DNA of 32,000 nucleotides from Aggregatilineales bacterium. GTDB lineage: Bacteria; Chloroflexota; Anaerolineae; Aggregatilineales; Phototrophicaceae. This document shows, in pieces, positions 27,649 through 32,000 of the stretch (its first letter is position 1; every line of letters starts with the position of its first letter). Position numbers and translations under genes: made by a program. The stretch is taken from the NCBI GenBank assembly GCA_040219275.1, contig JAVJSU010000072.1:56099-88098 (forward strand), written 5' to 3'. Under the pieces are notes generated by a model. It was not told the DNA's origin, made no database searches, and saw only the letters and a program-made list of their open reading frames with translations.

Positions 27649-28105
27649 AGCTTTGCCGCGGATAATTGCAGAAATGCTTCTGGCAGCACCCAAATCCTCA
27701 GAGATATGTATTGTCAGTCCATGGATTCGTGAAGTTTTGCTGAAGCCTCCGATTATCGTGGGCACAGAAGGTGTGCTAGCTCAACACAAAACACCACTCA
27801 GCGAATTCCTTCATTTGCTTGTGTCTCGTAGGCACGTGCATTTGCACATATTTGTTCGAGAGTTTGACCGCGACATACGCACTATTACTCATGAAGTAAG
27901 GTTAGTGTTCCCTAATTCTATTCATATTCACGAAGAGCCACACCTACATGCCAAAGTGATTGCTACATCAAATAGCATTCTACAGATGTCAGCCAATCTA
28001 ATACCCACTAGCCTCTATCGTAACATCGAAACCTGTGCTATATCGACAAATAGGTACGGCTCTGCACGAACTTACACACATAACGAGCTGAAATTGGTTT
28101 TCTGA
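27614..28105 (+). CDS. dpdK: DpdK-like phospholipase-D-family protein
   Basis: EICIVSPWIREVLL, HLHIFVREFDRDIR, EEPHLHAKVIATSNSILQMSANLI, a single HxK PLD-like motif; overlaps the helicase 3' end. An in-frame TTG at 27653 (MPRIIAEMLLAAPKSSEICIVSPW) is an alternative start. Confidence 0.72.
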   Translation: MKRMCTTLCAFRALPRIIAEMLLAAPKSSEICIVSPWIREVLLKPPIIVGTEGVLAQHKTPLSEFLHLLVSRRHVHLHIFVREFDRDIRTITHEVRLVFPNSIHIHEEPHLHAKVIATSNSILQMSANLIPTSLYRNIETCAISTNRYGSARTYTHNELKLVF

Positions 28106-28109
28106 TATT

Positions 28110-28529
28110 ATGCCAAAGATTTACATCGCAGGTCCATTGTTTAATAGCCACGAGCGACGCTATCTTGAAGAAATAGCTGAAACGTTTGAGACATCTGGCT
28201 ATCCAACTTTTTTGCCGCACAGAGATGCTGGACTGGTTGATCGTTTGGATGAGACTACGCGCCGAACTATATTCCTTGCCGATCTAAAAGCATTAGACGA
28301 ATGCGATATATGTATTGCACTGCTCACTGGTGCAGACCACGACTCGGGTACTTCGGTGGAATTGGGATATATGTATGCGAAGGGTAAACCCTGTTTTGGC
28401 ATCACTGATGATATGAGGTGGATGAATAACATGATTTGGGGAGTATGCGGTTACGGACGGAATATTGCCTCCACCATTGGTGAGTGTATTAAACTCGTCA
28501 ATCAATTCGTTAATCAGGGACTTGTATAG
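28110..28529 (+). CDS. nucleoside 2-deoxyribosyltransferase family protein
   Basis: MPKIYIAGPLFNSHERRYLEEIAETFETSGYPTFLPHRD...CDICIALLTGADHDSGTSVELGYMYAKGKPCFGITDD, a textbook NDT fold signature. Confidence 0.88.
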   Translation: MPKIYIAGPLFNSHERRYLEEIAETFETSGYPTFLPHRDAGLVDRLDETTRRTIFLADLKALDECDICIALLTGADHDSGTSVELGYMYAKGKPCFGITDDMRWMNNMIWGVCGYGRNIASTIGECIKLVNQFVNQGLV

Positions 28530-29193
28530 GACTAAAGGGCATTGTAGAAGCGTCAGCATCAATTCCCTCTTGCCTTCTGAAAAAGCTCACCGTTGCATAG
28601 GTTAGTGGTGTTGCCATTGCTTCGTAAGCAGTCTTGAACAGCCACTGGGTGATAATGGCTGTTGCCAACTCATTGGTTGCGATCGTTCCACCAAATGCCA
28701 CGACGATGAATATCAGTGAATCCAGTCCCTGTCCGACAAAAGTCGATCCAATCGTTCTCGTCCATAACCACTTGCCCTTTGTTAGAGCCTTCATTCTCGT
28801 CAAGACATAGGCGTTCGTAAATTCGCCAATCAGATACGCGATGAAGGATGCCACCAGCAAACGAGGCGTGTATCCTAGAATTCGCTCATACGCCTCTTGT
28901 CCATCCCAGAAACCAGCAGGTGGAAGGAGTTGCCCGGCAATGAGACCGACTACGGCCAATAAGTTGCAAAAGAAGCCTAGCCAGATAACTCGTCGCGCAT
29001 TCTCGTATCCGTACACTTCAGTTAGAATATCGCCAACGATATAGCTAATGGGGAAAATTACTATTCCTGCTGGCATGATTAGGCCGAAAACATCTACTAG
29101 TTTTACGGCTGCGATGTTGGCAGTGATCAATGAGGTGATAAATACACCAACAATAGCTACAAACCAAATTGAATATCCGTTTCTTGTATCCAT
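28510..29193 (-). CDS. yhhQ: YhhQ/VUT-family queuosine precursor transporter
   Basis: TANIAAVKLVDVFGLIMPAGIVIFPISYIVGDILTEVYGYENARRVIWLGF and FVGQGLDSLIFIVVAFGG are diagnostic of the family. Confidence 0.93.
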   Translation of the reverse strand: MDTRNGYSIWFVAIVGVFITSLITANIAAVKLVDVFGLIMPAGIVIFPISYIVGDILTEVYGYENARRVIWLGFFCNLLAVVGLIAGQLLPPAGFWDGQEAYERILGYTPRLLVASFIAYLIGEFTNAYVLTRMKALTKGKWLWTRTIGSTFVGQGLDSLIFIVVAFGGTIATNELATAIITQWLFKTAYEAMATPLTYATVSFFRRQEGIDADASTMPFSPIQVPD

Positions 29194-29210
29194 ATGTTCT
29201 GCTTCCTAGG

Positions 29211-29870
29211 TTATCGATAAGGTATCGGGTCACTTATGCCGAGGGTTTCAAATGCCTTTACCCGTTCAACACACGTTGGGCAAATTCCACATGCCACCTC
29301 TTCACCTGCATAGCATGACCACGTTTTGCTGTAATCTACACCGAGTTCAAGCCCGATACGCAGGATATCTGCCTTCGAGAAGTTGAGAAAAGGTGCCACA
29401 ATATTAATATGACTTGGTGACAACTTATATAGGGCGTTGACGTGATTGACAAATTCCGGAGTTGTATCCCAATATCCGTAGATGTCATGTTTCTGAGCAC
29501 CATAGTATACCTCGTTTACACCTAACGTTTCAGCCCAGGCAATTGCCAATGCGAGAAAAATCATGTTTCTATTTGGTACATAAGTTGTTGGTTGTTCTTC
29601 TGGCAGGACGTTTGTTGCATTAGGAATATCAATCTGTTCGTTGATCAACGATGACATCGACCACAAAGCAGATAGTGATGATATATCAACGACTTTATGT
29701 AGCAGATTGAATACTGAAACATGTTTAGTTGCAAAGCTAACTTCTTTCTTGTGTCGCTGTCCATATTGAAAAGTGATTGCTGCCGGGTTGCGTTTTTGAT
29801 TTAACAGATAATACAGTAGCGTTGTACTATCAAAACCGCCGCTGAAAATTACAATACAATCGATTTGCAA
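29211..29870 (-). CDS. queC: 7-cyano-7-deazaguanine (preQ0) synthase QueC
   Basis: VIFSGGFDSTTLLYYLL PP-loop, ITFQYGQRHKKE, TPEFVNHVNALYKLSP, TWSCYAGEEVACGICPTCVERVKAF zinc site. Confidence 0.93.
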   Translation of the reverse strand: MQIDCIVIFSGGFDSTTLLYYLLNQKRNPAAITFQYGQRHKKEVSFATKHVSVFNLLHKVVDISSLSALWSMSSLINEQIDIPNATNVLPEEQPTTYVPNRNMIFLALAIAWAETLGVNEVYYGAQKHDIYGYWDTTPEFVNHVNALYKLSPSHINIVAPFLNFSKADILRIGLELGVDYSKTWSCYAGEEVACGICPTCVERVKAFETLGISDPIPYR

Positions 29871-29891
29871 TGACTTATCCTTATCTCATAT

Positions 29892-30944
29892 TTAGAGATT
29901 TATCAGTTTCTCTATGATTTCTTGCGGATTATATACGCTTACAGGTGCACGGGTCGAGCCATCTAGGATGCCGATATAATCCTGGGTTGTCTTGACATCA
30001 ACATGTCCCAGATTTTGTCGAATGACCTCGGTTGGGATGCCGGCTAGAAATAGATTCCGTGCGTAGCTCCGACGCAGATCATGCGGTGTGACGTTGGTTG
30101 GAACACCGTTAATCGCGATGGGATAGCGTTTCAACATGCGCTGTACACTGCGGGTCGTCATCTTTTTGTAAGTCGCCACCTGTTTTAGCATATCACCGCG
30201 ACCATCGGACATTTTTGTGAACACAAAACCTGACTCAAGTCCAGCCAGCCAGATTTCTGTGATCTGTCGTGCCCAGAGCATATCGCCGAAAGGCACCATT
30301 CTTGCTTTTGACCCTTTGCCTGACTTTACCCGTACAGCAGGAACACTACCATAAGTCTGATAAAGATCATCGACTTGGAGTTTGACGATTTCACCCTCGC
30401 GTAAGCCGGTTGCCAGCATCAGCGCAATAATTGCCACATCACGCCGCCCACGCAGTGTCGAGACATCGGGTTGCATCATCAGCGCCGCGCCCTGTGCCGG
30501 AGTAAGACGAATGTGTTTGCTGTCTTCTTCATCCTGAACAGTCTGCGTCGTTACTTGTGAGCGTTCAGGGTCAATCGCCCGTATTAACCGCAACTCAAGT
30601 TCATCAGCTTTGGCTTTGATGGTCGCAAAATCCTCGTTGAGAAATTGCTGTTCCAGATAGGCAACTAAAGCCACCCGATGGTCCAGACTTTCAACCAACA
30701 GCTTGTAACTGCGGCGGATGCTGGATAGATGGGCACGCACACTCGATGGCGCGAGCGTGGCCAGCAGATGGTCGCGGTAAGTGCTCAAATCTGGCAGATA
30801 CATTGCATGTCCTGTTTCGGCCAGCCAGTTATTATATCGTGCTACATGCGACACGATATTTTTGTTATCAGAATGTGGTGGTAAACCACCACCTAAAGCT
30901 CGTTGAGTGAGGTCATTTTTAACCATGAGTAGAGTATACCACAA
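29892..30944 (-). CDS. tyrosine recombinase/integrase (XerC/D-like)
   Basis: SAM-like N-terminal region plus catalytic motifs TGLREGEIVKLQ (R), VTPHDLRRSYARNLF (HxxR), LGHVDVKTTQDYIG (Y). Confidence 0.92.
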   Translation of the reverse strand: MWYTLLMVKNDLTQRALGGGLPPHSDNKNIVSHVARYNNWLAETGHAMYLPDLSTYRDHLLATLAPSSVRAHLSSIRRSYKLLVESLDHRVALVAYLEQQFLNEDFATIKAKADELELRLIRAIDPERSQVTTQTVQDEEDSKHIRLTPAQGAALMMQPDVSTLRGRRDVAIIALMLATGLREGEIVKLQVDDLYQTYGSVPAVRVKSGKGSKARMVPFGDMLWARQITEIWLAGLESGFVFTKMSDGRGDMLKQVATYKKMTTRSVQRMLKRYPIAINGVPTNVTPHDLRRSYARNLFLAGIPTEVIRQNLGHVDVKTTQDYIGILDGSTRAPVSVYNPQEIIEKLINL

Positions 30945-31221
30945 AGTGTCGCATTATTCCTATTATACGACACTTTAAGAGGCAGTTTTAGACCCTGTTT
31001 TCTGGCTTTCAAGAGTACGATTTGAGAAGGGTGAAAATTGAGAAAGGCATCGTTTTGTGCGCGTGCTGGTCAGCGGGTCGCCATCTGATTCCCGAACGGT
31101 TGGCCCTGGCTAATCCGTTTTCTTCCCCTTTCGCTTTACGTCTTCTGGCTTCACATCCTCTGCTCAATCCGACCTCTGGCATTTTGTGCCGACTTCCAAC
31201 ACATCAGACCACGCCAGCCCA

Positions 31222-31312
31222 TCCTGTCAAAGCAAAGCTTCGAGGGGATTTTCTTCCTGGCTTGTGCCGCTTACGCTCACCAGAAAATCCCCTCGCCCTA
31301 CGGGTGACAGGA
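31222..31312. repeat. nested inverted repeat, candidate cruciform/hairpin
   Basis: Outer arms TCCTGTCA (31222-31229) / TGACAGGA (31305-31312). Inner perfect 14-bp arms CGAGGGGATTTTCT (31241-31254) / AGAAAATCCCCTCG (31282-31295). Confidence 0.9.
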
Positions 31313-31548
31313 CGTGCGCCCAGACGTGGTTACCCTGATGTGTAAGTCGGCACTTTAACAAATGCAGAGCTGGATATATCCGATCAGACGGATGAACCGT
31401 TAACCAGGCCGTGTTAGCTCGAAAGGGCGCACTGTAAGTTTTCCCGGAGCCACTGTGCCCCGACGGTCTCCTAGAGATGATCGCTCTGATCTGCACTGCC
31501 ATCCCCGCCCCCAATAATCCGATTGGGTGGTGCTAGCCGTCGTGGATG

Positions 31549-31571
31549 CTGATGGAAAGTGACTCCATCAG
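31549..31571. repeat. hairpin in noncoding region upstream of rnhA
   Basis: CTGATGGA (31549-31556) / TCCATCAG (31564-31571), perfect 8-bp arms with a 7-nt loop. Confidence 0.75.
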
Positions 31572-31793
31572 ACTGGAAAAGCCAACGTCTCGAGGTATTC
31601 GCTCATGCGAATCCGGGGCGCATCCAGGCGCGTGAAACACGAATCGGTGTATGTCACAGATACACGGGTTCAGCACACATCGGGCGGTATGCAATACAAC
31701 TTTTCTGACCATTCTCGCACTTCATGATCTACGGATTGTGAGGTGCGTTTTTTTACCTTCGAACATTACGAAAATAATTACGCGAGGTGTGAT

Positions 31794-32000
31794 ATGAATG
31801 AAATTACACTCTACACAGATGGTTCGTGTCAGACACAGACACGGATCGGTGGCTGGGCGGTTGTCCTACGTTGCGGCGAGCATCGTAAAGTGCTGAGCGG
31901 CAGTGTCGCGGATACAACGGTCAATGCGATGGAATTGATGGCAGTGGTGAACGGGCTGAAAGCACTCAAAACAGTGAACCAGACCGTCACGATTTACACA
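31794..32000 (+). CDS. rnhA: ribonuclease HI, N-terminal part (truncated by window edge)
   Basis: MNEITLYTDGSCQTQTRIGGWAVVLRCGEHRKVLSGSVADTTVNAMELMAVVNGLKALK; YTDGSC...GGWA...NAMELMAV are RNase HI motifs. Open to the window edge and missing from the ORF track. Confidence 0.93.
   Translation, partial: MNEITLYTDGSCQTQTRIGGWAVVLRCGEHRKVLSGSVADTTVNAMELMAVVNGLKALKTVNQTVTIYT

Noticed and set aside
29211-29870. Possibility that the QueC homologue belongs to a type IV CBASS or Qat-type defence system
   Set aside because: No CD-NTase, effector or QatABD-like genes are visible, and the protein has ordinary QueC PP-loop and zinc motifs beside a queuosine-precursor transporter and a DpdA-like gene.
31022-31514. 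ORFs 31022..31345 (+) and 31227..31514 (-) in the region upstream of rnhA
   Set aside because: They overlap on opposite strands, have no recognizable protein features, and span the nested inverted repeat; the region looks noncoding.
1-32000. CRISPR arrays, tRNA or rRNA genes, and transposase genes
   Set aside because: No regularly spaced direct repeats, recognizable RNA genes or transposase motifs were noticed by eye; a dedicated search (e.g. tRNAscan-SE, CRISPR finder) would be needed to confirm absence.

Overview
This window looks like the backbone of a conjugative plasmid or integrated mobile element, probably from a Chloroflexota-like bacterium (taxonomy is inferred from protein style only). 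It carries a candidate 7-deazaguanine DNA-modification (Dpd-type) island. The left part, mostly on the minus strand, holds the 5' end of topoisomerase I, a type IV secretion-like set (VirB4-like ATPase, PrgI-like protein, VirB2/TrbC-like pilin, large VirB6/TrbL-like membrane protein, two surface/envelope proteins), two NarL/LuxR-family regulators, a HEPN/AbiU2-like gene with a small acidic partner, and a ParM-like partition operon. The middle has a MerR-like coiled-coil regulator, a zinc-ribbon/HTH protein, a PDDEXK-like nuclease, a DUF3987-like protein and a long noncoding stretch. From about 19.8 kb a tight plus-strand operon runs CHC2/Toprim primase, LexA-type DNA-binding protein without a peptidase domain, a 35-aa ORF, DpdA-like transglycosylase, DpdJ-like DEVH helicase, DpdK-like PLD protein and nucleoside 2-deoxyribosyltransferase. 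Facing it are minus-strand genes for a YhhQ-type queuosine-precursor transporter, QueC and a tyrosine recombinase. The right end has a hairpin-rich noncoding region and the start of RNase HI. The most interesting observations are: (1) the DpdA-like protein carries a C-terminal domain with an exact PC-x3-KPY-x2-S-x2-H archaeosine-synthase (ArcS) signature; (2) a roughly 170-190 bp duplicated regulatory region precedes both the PDDEXK-like nuclease and the primase/dpd operon, suggesting linked control of candidate restriction and modification arms; (3) a nucleoside deoxyribosyltransferase sits inside the operon, while recognizable dpdB and dpdC are absent from the window.
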